Shown: one piece after another, positions 45,564-55,045 of the stretch
Numbering within the stretch: position 1 is the first letter of the stretch
How the letters are laid out: each line of letters begins with the position of its first letter
Assembly: GCA_047601445.1 (NCBI GenBank)
Contig: JASGJH010000001.1
Span: forward strand, 9,056,001-9,120,000
Source: Myxococcales bacterium
GTDB lineage: Bacteria > Myxococcota_A > Polyangia > Polyangiales > DASUME01
Direction of reading: 5' to 3'
Length of the DNA: 64,000 nucleotides
The notes under the pieces: model-generated
Databases searched by the model: none
What the model saw: the letters and a program-made list of their open reading frames with translations, nothing else
Told to the model about the DNA's origin: nothing
Position numbers and translations under genes: made by a program

Positions 45564-46393
45564 ACCGAGACCGCGAAGCGGATGAAGGGATGGTGTTGGT
45601 ACTCGACCAGCTGGATGTCCTCGAAGCCCAGTTCGTCGAGCGGCTTCTTGGCGATCTCGACGCGCGGCGGCGCCAGGGGTGCGCGCGTCAACTGGAGCTT
45701 GAGGCCTTCCACGTGGTTCAGGTAGATGTGCGCGTCGCCGAGGGTGTGCACGAACACGCCGGGCGTGAGGTCGCACTCCTGAGCCATCATCATCAGGAGC
45801 AGGGCGTAGCTCGCGATGTTGAAGGGCACCCCGAGCGCGATGTCGGCCGAGCGCTGGTAGAGCTGCATGTCGAGCCGACCCCGGTTGACGTAAAACTGGA
45901 AGAACGCGTGACACGGCGGCAGCGCCATGTGCGGGATGTCGGCCACGTTCCAGGCGCTCACGATGATGCGGCGCGAGGTGGGGTCGCGCTTGATGAGGTC
46001 GATGGCCTCGCGAATTTGGTCGATGCCGGGTTCCGAGCGCTCGCCGCGCACCTCGTGCTTGTCGCGCGTGTGCTGCGCGAAGGGGGCGCCCCAGTGTCGC
46101 CACTGGTGGCCGTACACGGGACCGAGCTCGCCGTTCTCGTCGGCCCAGGCGTCCCAGATGGGCGAGTGCTGCGTGAGGTCGTCGCGCACGTTGGTGCTGC
46201 CGCGCAGAAACCAGAGGAGCTCGCGCACGACACCGGTCCAGAGCACCTTTTTGGTGGTCAAGAGCGGAAAGCCTTCGCGCAAGTCGTAGCGCGTCTGCGC
46301 CCCGAAGATCGACAGGGTGCCGGTGCCCGTGCGGTCCTCGCGGCGTTCGCCCTCGTCGAGGACACGCTGGACCAGTTCCAAATACTGCTTCAT
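45560..46393 (-). CDS. thyA: thymidylate synthase
   Basis: MKQYL, DRTGTGT, FPLLTTK, GPVYG, MALPPCH, YQRSAD..GVPFN, DAHIY. Confidence 0.97.
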   Translation of the reverse strand: MKQYLELVQRVLDEGERREDRTGTGTLSIFGAQTRYDLREGFPLLTTKKVLWTGVVRELLWFLRGSTNVRDDLTQHSPIWDAWADENGELGPVYGHQWRHWGAPFAQHTRDKHEVRGERSEPGIDQIREAIDLIKRDPTSRRIIVSAWNVADIPHMALPPCHAFFQFYVNRGRLDMQLYQRSADIALGVPFNIASYALLLMMMAQECDLTPGVFVHTLGDAHIYLNHVEGLKLQLTRAPLAPPRVEIAKKPLDELGFEDIQLVEYQHHPFIRFAVSV

Positions 46394-46920
46394 CGATTCC
46401 CCTCGGTCTTGGTCGGGTCCTGACTTGGCTCGCGCGTGGCAGCACGCGCGTCTTGACTCGGCTCGCGCGTGGCAGCACGCGCGTCTTGACTTGGCTCGCG
46501 CGTGGCGGCACGCGCGTCTTGACTCGGCTCGCGCGTGGCAGCACGCGCGTCGACACACTCATCGATCCGGTCGCCCGTGATCTCGCCGCGCAGGGCGTCT
46601 TGGTGGGCCAGCCAGGCTTCGATCACCTGGGGCGGCACGCGGTGCTTCTCCAGCGTGGTCTTGAGGATTTGCCTGCGACGCCCGAAGTGGCCGCCCATGA
46701 TGGGGTGCCGCTGATGGGCCTCGCGCATGTCCCGGCCGGAGTAGCGGACCTGCGCCCCCAAGAACTCGGCCGCATGCTCGTACTCCATGCGCTTGAGGCG
46801 GTCCCGATTGACGCGCGCAAACAGGAAGCCGATCATGCCGTCCGCGCATACGCGCTCCACGAAGTCGTCGATGATCGCAGAGAGCGCGAACTCCCCACCG
46901 ATGTCTTCGAAGTACGTCAC
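46390..46920 (-). CDS. group I truncated hemoglobin with repeat-derived C-terminal tail
   Basis: [25 protein letters not shown] (proximal His); C-terminal ([11 protein letters not shown])x4; ATGA overlap with thyA. Confidence 0.8.
   Translation of the reverse strand: MTYFEDIGGEFALSAIIDDFVERVCADGMIGFLFARVNRDRLKRMEYEHAAEFLGAQVRYSGRDMREAHQRHPIMGGHFGRRRQILKTTLEKHRVPPQVIEAWLAHQDALRGEITGDRIDECVDARAATREPSQDARAATREPSQDARAATREPSQDARAATREPSQDPTKTEGNR
46421..46551. repeat. 4 x 33-bp tandem repeat, each unit containing an 8-bp hairpin
   Basis: Unit TGACTYGGCTCGCGCGTGGCRGCACGCGCGTCT; internal CGCGCGTG-N4-CACGCGCG. Confidence 0.95.
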
Positions 46921-47062
46921 GCCGCGCCGTCCCCAGTCTGGCACTTTCCAGGGCCTGAGCGGGTATAGCGAATCGCAGGAGAGGGTGCACCGCGCCGCGG
47001 AAAAGCAGCGCGAGCACCGCTAGTTCCGCTGCGTGGCGCAGCTCCAGGAGGGCTCGGCCGGC

Positions 47063-47738
47063 CTAGAAATCCTCGAGCAGCGTGAGCCAGCCCACGTAGA
47101 CGAGCAGGGTTCCGAAGGCGACCGCCGCGTACAACAAGCGCGCGTTTTTGCCGGGCTCAGAGGCCTCGGGCTCCTGGAACAGGGCCGGTGCGTGGCGCAG
47201 GGAGTCCGGGTGCAAGACCAAACCGCCGCCAGCGCTCTCGGGAGGGAGCCACGGGGCTTGGTGGGCGGGTCTGCCACGACCCGCAGGGCTCGCCGCATGG
47301 CCGTCCCGGCGCGCACGGCGGTCCTGGTGCCGGCTACGTTCGGCGTGTCGGCTTCGCTCGGCGCGACGACTGGCCTTGGAGCGCAGGCCAGGCGCCAAGC
47401 CCACGGCGATTCTTGGAGGGGCCCAGATCCACCATGTCGCCGTGCTCCAGGCGCACCCAGCCTTCCGACAAGATGCGTCCGTTGTGGCGCACGCGGTCGT
47501 CGTGCTTAAGTGCGCGCACGAGCAGCGAGTCCCCGGTGAAGGCCAACAACAAGGGAGCTATCCCAGGTGAGGCGATTTGCCAGTCGCAGCTCGCGCCTGC
47601 GCCCAGCGTGATGGTGATGCCCGCGTCGCACGCATCGAAGGCCCACGTGCCCAGCGCCGAGACACCGCGCCGCAGGGTCAAAAGAGCCTGATGCCCGTGT
47701 GCGGCGTCGGGCTCGAGACTCACACTCGACTTTCGCAT
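47063..47738 (-). CDS. FHA-like domain protein with C-terminal TM anchor (one apparent +1 frameshift at 47407-47412)
   Basis: ITLGAGASCDWQI..VRHNG..LEHGDMVDLG FHA-like fold; deleting one base joins it to the ORF ending LLYAAVAFGTLLVYVGWLTLLEDF. Confidence 0.65.
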
Positions 47739-47862
47739 GCCGCCCTCATCGCAAAACGCGTGCCCACATTGGCGGTGCTGACCGTTGCGCACCCGTGCCG
47801 ATGCGTGAGTCCCAAGTCGGGCGTGCTTGAATCTTCGGGCCGACAAGGATAGGAGCAGGCCC

Positions 47863-48720
47863 ATGCTCGATCGCCTCCTGCGCACGCAGATGCCGCCCAT
47901 GCGATGCTTCGCGGCCCCCACCTCGCATTTCGGGGTCGAGCTCGAGTACCTGGGCACGGCGGGCTTCGTGGTGCGCGGTCAGGGCCGCACCTTGGTGCTC
48001 GATCCCTATGTCACCCGGGTTCCGCTTCATCGCTTGTGGCGCCCGCTGCAGTCGGACGAAGCCCTGGTGGCGCGCGTGATTCCCAAGGCTGACGATGTGC
48101 TCGTCGGGCACGCCCATTACGACCACGTGCTCGATGCCCCTACGCTCTGCCGTCGCACCGGGGCGCGTTTGATCGGCGCCAGCGCTGTGATGCAGGTGGG
48201 CCGCGCGTTCGGACTGCCCGAGCATCAGCTGTGTGAGACCTCGGGCGGGGAGGCGATTCCGAGCGGGCCGTTTCGCATCCGGGGCCTGCCTTCGCGCCAC
48301 GGCAAGGTGTTCCTTGGGCGCGTGCTGTTTCCGGGGGACATCACCGAGCCGCCGTCTTGGCCGCCGGGCATCGCCGAGCTCAAGCACGGCCTCGTGCTGA
48401 ACTGGCACCTCGAGCTAGGCGACTTTTCCCTGGTCCACGTGGACTCTGCGGACTTCATTCCACGTGAGCTCGAAGGATTACGCGCGGACGTGCTGTGTCT
48501 GTGCGCGGCGGGCCGTCACTATCGGCCGCGCTATGTGGAGGAAGCCATCGCGCTGTTGCGGCCGCGTTATGTGGTGCCATGTCACTGGGACACCATGATT
48601 ACGCCGCTCGAGCGGTGCCAGCCCTTACCAGGCATCGACTTGCCCAAGATGGTGAGCGAGATCGAAGCGGCTGGCGCACAGGCCGTGATGATGCCCGTGC
48701 TCGGTCGCGCCAGCTTCTGA
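47863..48720 (+). CDS. metallo-beta-lactamase fold hydrolase
   Basis: LEYLGTAGF, LDPY, HAHYDH, VPCHWD. Confidence 0.85.
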   Translation: MLDRLLRTQMPPMRCFAAPTSHFGVELEYLGTAGFVVRGQGRTLVLDPYVTRVPLHRLWRPLQSDEALVARVIPKADDVLVGHAHYDHVLDAPTLCRRTGARLIGASAVMQVGRAFGLPEHQLCETSGGEAIPSGPFRIRGLPSRHGKVFLGRVLFPGDITEPPSWPPGIAELKHGLVLNWHLELGDFSLVHVDSADFIPRELEGLRADVLCLCAAGRHYRPRYVEEAIALLRPRYVVPCHWDTMITPLERCQPLPGIDLPKMVSEIEAAGAQAVMMPVLGRASF

Positions 48721-48750
48721 AGCGCGTCGCCGCCGCTCCGCTCCGGGGCG

Positions 48751-48957
48751 TCACTTGCGGAACAGGTTCAGCAGCAGGCTGAGCACGATGCTGACCACGA
48801 TCGAGCTCACCACGGGGAAGTAAAAGGTGAAGTTCTTCTTCTCCACCACGACATCCCCCGGCAGGCGTCCGATGCCAAGCTTGGACAGCGCCATCCACAG
48901 CAAGCCAGTGGCGGCGATGGTCAGACCCGCGTAGAGCAGCATTTTGCCGGCTTGCAT
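48751..48957 (-). CDS. DUF2905-type small membrane protein
   Basis: GRLPGD..FTFYFP..SSIVVSIVLSLL. Confidence 0.85.
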   Translation of the reverse strand: MQAGKMLLYAGLTIAATGLLWMALSKLGIGRLPGDVVVEKKNFTFYFPVVSSIVVSIVLSLLLNLFRK

Positions 48958-49010
48958 CTCCGAGTCGTACCACCGTCTCGCGCCAGCGCGAGCAGGGCGC
49001 GCGGTAGCGG

Positions 49011-49520
49011 TTAGTGCAGGCCCTTTTCCGTGATGTAGCGCAGGGTAAACGCGGCTTTGTCGGCGTTCCCCTCGACGCTCGACTTGGCCACGAAGTGCTC
49101 GATGATGGAGCCGATGCCGAAGATCTTGCAGTGCACGGAGTTCTTGCTCAGCTGCTCCACGCCACTTGCGTTCTCGTCGAGCCGCACGGCGCCGAGGATC
49201 TCCACGCGATCACCGATTACCGCCGGCACCATTCGATACGACCAGCACTTCTCGCGCGGATCGAACTTGCTGATCTCCTCGATGATCACGTTCTCGCCCA
49301 CCAGCTTGCGGATGGGGAGCGGAGCTTCGAGCGGCTTTTCGAAGCGCAGGCGTCGACTCATGCCCGTCTCGTAGTCGCCCTTGTGCTCGAGCACTTCCAT
49401 GCGGATGAATCCGAGCGCCTCGCAGTAGAGGCGCTGCTGGTAGTCGAGGTTCAGGCATAGCTCTCGCCAGTACGTCTCGGCGCGGACAGGGAAACGCTTG
49501 CGGAATTCGGATTCGATCAC
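49011..49520 (-). CDS. DUF2505-like / START (SRPBCC) fold putative lipid-binding protein
   Basis: 169 aa; helix-grip-like pattern ending KIFGIGSIIEHFV plus a C-terminal helix; GTGA coupling to the upstream dehydrogenase. Confidence 0.65.
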   Translation of the reverse strand: MIESEFRKRFPVRAETYWRELCLNLDYQQRLYCEALGFIRMEVLEHKGDYETGMSRRLRFEKPLEAPLPIRKLVGENVIIEEISKFDPREKCWSYRMVPAVIGDRVEILGAVRLDENASGVEQLSKNSVHCKIFGIGSIIEHFVAKSSVEGNADKAAFTLRYITEKGLH

Positions 49521-50542
49521 ACCAGACCCTGTTCTTTGAGGTGCGCACAGGTCAGGCGGATGCCCTCCGCCAGGTTCACCTTGGGCTCGTAGCCCAGGTC
49601 CCTGCGTGCCTTGTCGATGCTGAAATAGTGATGCCTCACCATATAGCGCACGGCAAACCGGGTCATCCCATCCTCCGCATTGAGGGTGCCCCCGCGCAGG
49701 GTATCGATGCCCTCCTTGATGGCGGCCGCGGCAAAGACGACGGGGTACGGGACCCCGCCCAGGATCGGCGGAAGCTTCAGCTCGGCGAGCACTTTGCCCA
49801 CGAAAGTGAAGAACGGCAGCGGCTCGCCGTTCGTCACGAAATAGGCCTGACCCGCGCTCGGACTGTCGGGGACGAGCCGACGATCCGCCAGGAGCAGCGC
49901 ATCTACCAGATTGCCCACGTAGGTGAAGTCGGAGAGCTTGCGATTGAAGAGGCCCACCGAGAAGCGCAGCTTGCCCGCCTTGGCCCGCTGCAGGACCGCT
50001 GGAAAGAAGCGCCGATCGCCGGGGCCGAACACCACGTGGGGACGGATCGCGCAGGTGAGCACTCCGCGCTGGCCGTTGGCCGCCAGGATCTCCTGTTCCG
50101 CTACGATCTTGCTGTCGGAGTAGGGAGCCTGACTCTTGCTGGAGTAGGGCAGGGTCTCGTCGCCGTTCTCGATGTCCTCGCCTTCGTACACGGCGCTGGC
50201 GGTGCTCACGTACACGAGCTTCTTCACGCGGGCCTTCCAGCAAGCGCGCAACACGCTGCGCGAGCCGCCCAGATTCACCGACCACACGTCGCTCTCGCGG
50301 TTGTGTTTGGTGTGAACCAGCGAGGCGTTGTGGAAGACCGTGGTCACGCCCTCGCAGAGCTTGGCCAGCGCGTCGGTGTCACGGATATCCACCCGCTCGA
50401 AGCGCATGTCGGAGCGCCAGGCCTCTCCGAAGGGCTCCACCACGATCACCGCGTCGCCGCGGGCGATCAGCGCGTCCACCAGGGCGCGACCCACGAAGCC
50501 GGCCCCCCCCGTCACCAACGAAACCTGCCTCTGCGTTTCCAT
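49517..50542 (-). CDS. NSDHL/Erg26-like sterol-4-carboxylate 3-dehydrogenase (3-beta-HSD family; SdmB-like)
   Basis: TGGAGFVG, STASAVYEGEDIENGDETLPY, YSDSK, CAIRPHVVFGPGD, DFTYVGN, GQAYFVTNGEP. Confidence 0.8.
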   Translation of the reverse strand: METQRQVSLVTGGAGFVGRALVDALIARGDAVIVVEPFGEAWRSDMRFERVDIRDTDALAKLCEGVTTVFHNASLVHTKHNRESDVWSVNLGGSRSVLRACWKARVKKLVYVSTASAVYEGEDIENGDETLPYSSKSQAPYSDSKIVAEQEILAANGQRGVLTCAIRPHVVFGPGDRRFFPAVLQRAKAGKLRFSVGLFNRKLSDFTYVGNLVDALLLADRRLVPDSPSAGQAYFVTNGEPLPFFTFVGKVLAELKLPPILGGVPYPVVFAAAAIKEGIDTLRGGTLNAEDGMTRFAVRYMVRHHYFSIDKARRDLGYEPKVNLAEGIRLTCAHLKEQGLV

Positions 50543-50566
50543 GGTTCGCGATGATGGTTCGAAAAA

Positions 50567-50582
50567 TAGAATCGTCAATCTA
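50567..50582. promoter_or_regulatory. imperfect palindrome in the divergent promoter; candidate TetR operator
   Basis: TAGAAT-CGTC-AATCTA flanked by A-tracts in the 101-bp intergenic gap. Confidence 0.35.
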
Positions 50583-50643
50583 AAAACTGGTTTGCCCGCT
50601 TCGAAGGGGCGAGTACAGTGCCCGGCAGAAGAGGGGCCGCCAC

Positions 50644-51783
50644 ATGGGCAAGCACGACTACGGGCACAACAAACCTGCGCCGCCGACGTTCGAAGAGGCC
50701 AACAACCTCCGTCAGCGGGCGCGCGTCGCCGGCATGGATCCCAACTACTGGTATCCGGCCATGATGTCGCGGGACTTGGCGGTCGGTGCGGTCAAAGAGG
50801 TGGTGTTCTGGCACCGCTCGTTCGCGTTCTTCCGCGGGCAAGACGGCGTGGTGCGCGCCATGGAGAACCGCTGTGCCCATCGCAACCTCAAGCTGACGCT
50901 GGGGCAGGTCGAAGGTTGCACGCTGCGCTGCGCCTACCACGGCTGGGCCTACGACGGCGAGGGCTGCCTGGTGGACATGCCCCACAACGACTTCGGCAAG
51001 AAGCTCAAGATCTCGCTGGAGACGTTCCCCGTGGCCGAGCGCTACGGGATGATCTTCTTCTTCCCCGGTGATCCCGAGCTCAGCAGCAAGCGCGAGATCC
51101 CTAGCATTCCCGAGATCGAAGGTGCGGACCCCTGGGCCCACGGCGTCATCGACTTCCACTGGAAGGGTCATCACTCGATGATCCTCGACAACGTCAGTGA
51201 CTTCACGCACGGCTACCTGCACCGCAAGTGGCGCCCCTTCGAGGGAGATCAGCTGTTGAGCCTCGAAGAGGCCAACGACCGCGTGATGCTGCAGTACAAC
51301 GCCAAGATCGCGGCCGCGAAGATCATGGACGTGCTGATCGATCGCAAGGCCCACGCGGGAACCTCGCACTACTCCTGTTACGAGTACCCTTACCAGTGGT
51401 CGAACACCGAAGAGTTCGTGAAGCACTGGCTGTTCGTGTGCCCGGTGGACGAGCGCAACACCATGGTGTTCTTCCTCTTCTACTACGCTGACTTCAAGGT
51501 TCCCTTCTTGCCGATCAAGCTGCCGCGCAAGCTGATGACCCCGCTGGTCCGCATGGGCCACGAGTACCTGGTGCGCCCGCTGTTCAACGAGGACGGCTGG
51601 GCCGTGCAGATGGAGCAGGAGGGCTACGACGGCCATTGGGACGCGCCGCTGGCAGAGGTGAACCCTCAGGTGCTCGCATTTCAGCGCCTCACCGTGCGCA
51701 AGTGGGAGACCTACCTGGAGAGTCAGAAGCTGACCAACATCAAGCGCAAGAAGCGGGAGCGCTCGGAGAATGCAGATGCCTGA
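50644..51783 (+). CDS. Rieske non-heme iron oxygenase (candidate SdmA-like sterol C-4 methyl oxidase)
   Basis: CAH..CAYH Rieske ligands; DNVSDFTHGYLH and NEDG mononuclear Fe ligands. Confidence 0.88.
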   Translation: MGKHDYGHNKPAPPTFEEANNLRQRARVAGMDPNYWYPAMMSRDLAVGAVKEVVFWHRSFAFFRGQDGVVRAMENRCAHRNLKLTLGQVEGCTLRCAYHGWAYDGEGCLVDMPHNDFGKKLKISLETFPVAERYGMIFFFPGDPELSSKREIPSIPEIEGADPWAHGVIDFHWKGHHSMILDNVSDFTHGYLHRKWRPFEGDQLLSLEEANDRVMLQYNAKIAAAKIMDVLIDRKAHAGTSHYSCYEYPYQWSNTEEFVKHWLFVCPVDERNTMVFFLFYYADFKVPFLPIKLPRKLMTPLVRMGHEYLVRPLFNEDGWAVQMEQEGYDGHWDAPLAEVNPQVLAFQRLTVRKWETYLESQKLTNIKRKKRERSENADA

Positions 51784-53402
51784 AGCCATCGAGATCACCA
51801 GCAGTGCATCCGTGCGCGACGCCCTCAAGAAGGCGGAGGCGCGCGGCCTCATCGAGTGTTACGAGCCCGCCACGCGCAAGCCCCTCGGCAGTGTGCAGGT
51901 CACCCCGCCCGAGAGCCTGCCCGGCCTGGTGCAGAGGGCGCGCAAGGCGCAGACGCTGTGGGCCAAGACGTCCTTCGACGAGCGCCGCAAGGTGATCGGG
52001 TTGTTGCTCGACCACGTGCTGGCCCATGCGGACGAGCTGTGCGACGTGGTGTCGCGCGACTCCGGCAAGACGCGCCATAACGCCATGCTGGGCGAGGTCT
52101 GGCCGGTGGTGGAGAAGGCGCGTTGGACCATCGCCCACGGTGAGAAGTTCCTGCAGACGGAGCGGGTTCCCTCCGGCGTCTTCCCCCACAAGCGTGCTCG
52201 CATCGAGTACGCACCGCTCGGCGTCATCGGCGTGATCGCGCCTTGGAACTACCCGCTGCAGAACATCCTCGGACCGACCATTCCTGCTTTGATGGCGGGC
52301 AACGCGGTGATCGTGAAGGTCAGCGAGTGGGTGGCCTGGTCGTCCGCGCGCTTCCAGAAGATCTTCGACGACGCCTTCAAGAAGGCTGGCTATCCGGTGG
52401 AGCTCGTGCAGATCGTGAACGGCTACGCCAAGACCGGCGCCGCGCTGGTCTCGTCGGGCGTGGACAAGATCGTGTTCACCGGTTCCCTCGAGAACGGCAA
52501 GCGCGTGCTCGCGCAGGCGGCAGACACGCTGACGCCGGTGGTGCTCGAGCTGGGTGGCAAGGATCCGCTCATCGTCTGCGACGACGCTCACATGGAGCAG
52601 GCGGTCCATGCGGCGTTGACTGGGTGCTTCATCAACTGCGGGCAGAACTGCCTGGCCAGCGAGCGCGCCCTGGTGTTCGACGCCGTCTACGACGCTTTCG
52701 CGGCGCGCGTGGTCGAGACCACCAAGCAGCTGCGCCAGGGCGAGCCGATGGGCGGATCCACCGTGGATCTGGGCGCCATCGTGTCGCCCTTGCAGCTCGA
52801 TTCTGATCGAGGGCCTGGTGCAGGAGGCCGTGCGGCAGGGGGCGCGCCTGTTGACTGGAGGCAAGCGAGCCCACGTGGAGCGCGGCCAATACTTCGAGCC
52901 CACCATCCTGGCGGACGTGACGCCCGACATGCGCATCGCCCACGAGGAGACCTTCGGGCCGGTGATGTTGCTGATGCGCGTCAAGAACGAGGAGGAGGCG
53001 CTGCGCGTGGCCAACGGCACGGCCTATGGCCTGGGCGCCACCGTGCTCTCCAAGGACGCGGCGCGCTGCCGACGCATGAGCTCGGCCCTGTCGGTGGGGA
53101 ACGTGTCGGTCAACGACTTCGGGCTCACGTACATGGCCATGGATTTGCCGTTCGGCGGCGTGCGTGGCTCGGGCTTCGGGCGCCTCAACGGCCGCGAGGG
53201 CCTGCGCGCCTGCACCAACATGAAGGCGATTCTCGAGGATCGCTTCCCGCTGCACGTGCCGGCCAAGGTGTTCCCCATCGGGCAGAACGCGGTCTCGGTG
53301 TCGCGCGAGGTCCTGCGCGTGCTCTACGAGCGTCGGCTCGGACAGCGCGTCGACGCCCTCGGCAAGTTGGCAGGCCTGGTGCTCAAGCGAGGCGAGTCGT
53401 GA
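51770..53402 (+). CDS. aldehyde dehydrogenase resembling the ALDH15/22 (Msc7/ALDH22A1) family (one apparent +1 frameshift at 52798-52803)
   Basis: CYEPAT, PWNYP, VKVSEWVAWS, LELGGKDP, GQNC, EETFGP, LPFGGVRGSGFGR; deleting one base gives 543 aa. Confidence 0.88.
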
Positions 53403-55045
53403 GTTCGCAGGCCGAGAGCTTCGACTACATCGTGGTCGGCGGCGGCTCGTCGGGCTGCGTGGTGGCGGGCGAGCTGTGCGCGGAGACGCGACTCGAGGTC
53501 GCACTCGTGGAGCAGGGCGACGACGCCGAGGCGCACCCCGAGACGCTGGAGGCGGACGGCTACAAGCACGCCTTCGCCAACGACGACCTGTTGCTCGACC
53601 GCTTCAGCACGCCGCAGGAGCACTGCAGGCAGCATCGCCTGTATTTGGGCTCCGGACGCGGGCTCGGTGGCAGCGGCTCCATCAACGGCATGGTCTACAC
53701 GCGTGGCGCCAAAGAGGACTACGCGAGTTGGCCGCGCGGCTATCAGTACGATGACCTGGCGCCGCTCTTCCAGTCCCTCGAGAACAAGCTGCGCGTGCGC
53801 CCGCGGGCCGGCACCGAGTTCACGGAGGTTTTCGTGCGTTCGGCCGAGGCCGCGGGCTTTCGCCGCAGTGCGAACATGAACGACGGCGACCTGTCGGGTG
53901 TGATCGGCTACGAGACCATGAACTACGAGGGCAGCGCGCGGCGCAGCTCTTACGTGTCCTACGTGCGCGAGGCACGGCAGCGCGAGAATCTGCACCTGGT
54001 GACGCGGGCGCTCACGCGACGCGTGATCTTCGAGGGCAACCGTGCGGTCGGCGTGGAGATCGAGCAGGCCGGCAAGCGCCGCGTCCTGCGCGCGCGCCGC
54101 GAGGTCATCCTGTGCGCCGGTGCGCTGGAGACGCCCAAGCTGCTGATGCTGTCGGGCGTGGGGCCGGCGGCCGAGCTGGCCAACCACGGTCTCAAGACGG
54201 TGGTCGACATGCCGTCGGTCGGCGAGAACCTGCACGATCATCCCAACGTCACGATGTTCTTCATGGGCAAGCACGAGGTGGACTCGTACTACCCGCAGTT
54301 GTACGGCTTCCATCGGGCCAACCCCGACAGTGACCTGCCCAAGGGACAGAGCGACACCTGCTACGTGATGTACCCCGCGCGCTCGTCGCTGCGCGAGGCC
54401 GCGATGCGCATGTTGCCGACCAAGCTGCCGGTGCCGCTCTACGGCAAGGCCTCCAAGGGGCTGATCCGCGCAGGCATCGCGGGCGCCACCAGTCTCGGCT
54501 TGGTGCAGGGTGGCATCGCACGCGTCTGGGGCTGCGTGGTGATCCTGGGCAAGCCCAAGAGCCGCGGACGACTCAGCCTGGCGTCGCGAGACCCCAAGCT
54601 GCAGGCCCACATCGATCCGGGCTACTTCACGCATCCGGAGGACATGGAGACCATGATCCGCGGCGTGAAGCTCGGTCGGCGCATCGCACAGGCGGAGCCG
54701 CTCGCCAAGTGGGGCAACTTCCCGCTGTTGCCGTTGGTGGCCAAGACCGACAAGCAGATTCAGGACTTCATCGAGGGCAACTTGATGACCACCTTCCACT
54801 ACGCAGGTACCTGCCGTATGGGCGAGGACAAGGCCAGCGTGGTCGATCTGGAGCTCAAGGTGCGCGGCACGCGCGGTCTGCGCGTGGCGGACGCTTCGGT
54901 GGTGCCGTTCACGCCCGTGTCAGCGATGAACGCGCCCAGCATGGTGATCGGCCTCAAGGCGGCGCGCCTGGTGCTCGCCCACGAGCGCTCACTGGGCAGC
55001 TCGAACTCGGAGATCAGCGGAGAACGTGAGGCATGGGGCGGCTGA
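53399..55045 (+). CDS. GMC family FAD oxidoreductase
   Basis: GGGSSG, GLGGSGSINGMVYTRG, TPKLLMLSGVG, GENLHDH, FHYAGTCRMG, LRVADAS; GTGA overlap with the ALDH stop. Confidence 0.92.
   Translation: MSSQAESFDYIVVGGGSSGCVVAGELCAETRLEVALVEQGDDAEAHPETLEADGYKHAFANDDLLLDRFSTPQEHCRQHRLYLGSGRGLGGSGSINGMVYTRGAKEDYASWPRGYQYDDLAPLFQSLENKLRVRPRAGTEFTEVFVRSAEAAGFRRSANMNDGDLSGVIGYETMNYEGSARRSSYVSYVREARQRENLHLVTRALTRRVIFEGNRAVGVEIEQAGKRRVLRARREVILCAGALETPKLLMLSGVGPAAELANHGLKTVVDMPSVGENLHDHPNVTMFFMGKHEVDSYYPQLYGFHRANPDSDLPKGQSDTCYVMYPARSSLREAAMRMLPTKLPVPLYGKASKGLIRAGIAGATSLGLVQGGIARVWGCVVILGKPKSRGRLSLASRDPKLQAHIDPGYFTHPEDMETMIRGVKLGRRIAQAEPLAKWGNFPLLPLVAKTDKQIQDFIEGNLMTTFHYAGTCRMGEDKASVVDLELKVRGTRGLRVADASVVPFTPVSAMNAPSMVIGLKAARLVLAHERSLGSSNSEISGEREAWGG

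Noticed and set aside
46421..46551. Possible mini CRISPR array
   Set aside because: The sequences between the hairpins are near-identical rather than unique spacers, the period is only 33 bp, and no cas genes are in the window.
45560..46562. Repeat-rich N-terminal extensions on thyA/folA ORFs
   Set aside because: These are open frames through the 33-bp repeat. ThyA begins at the canonical MKQYL (46393) and FolA at 45563.
51770..55045. 1091-aa ALDH-GMC fusion ORF
   Set aside because: Created by the extra T at 52798-52803. The middle section is out-of-frame sequence; the true ALDH C terminus is in ORF 52818..53402 and GMC has its own GTG at 53399.
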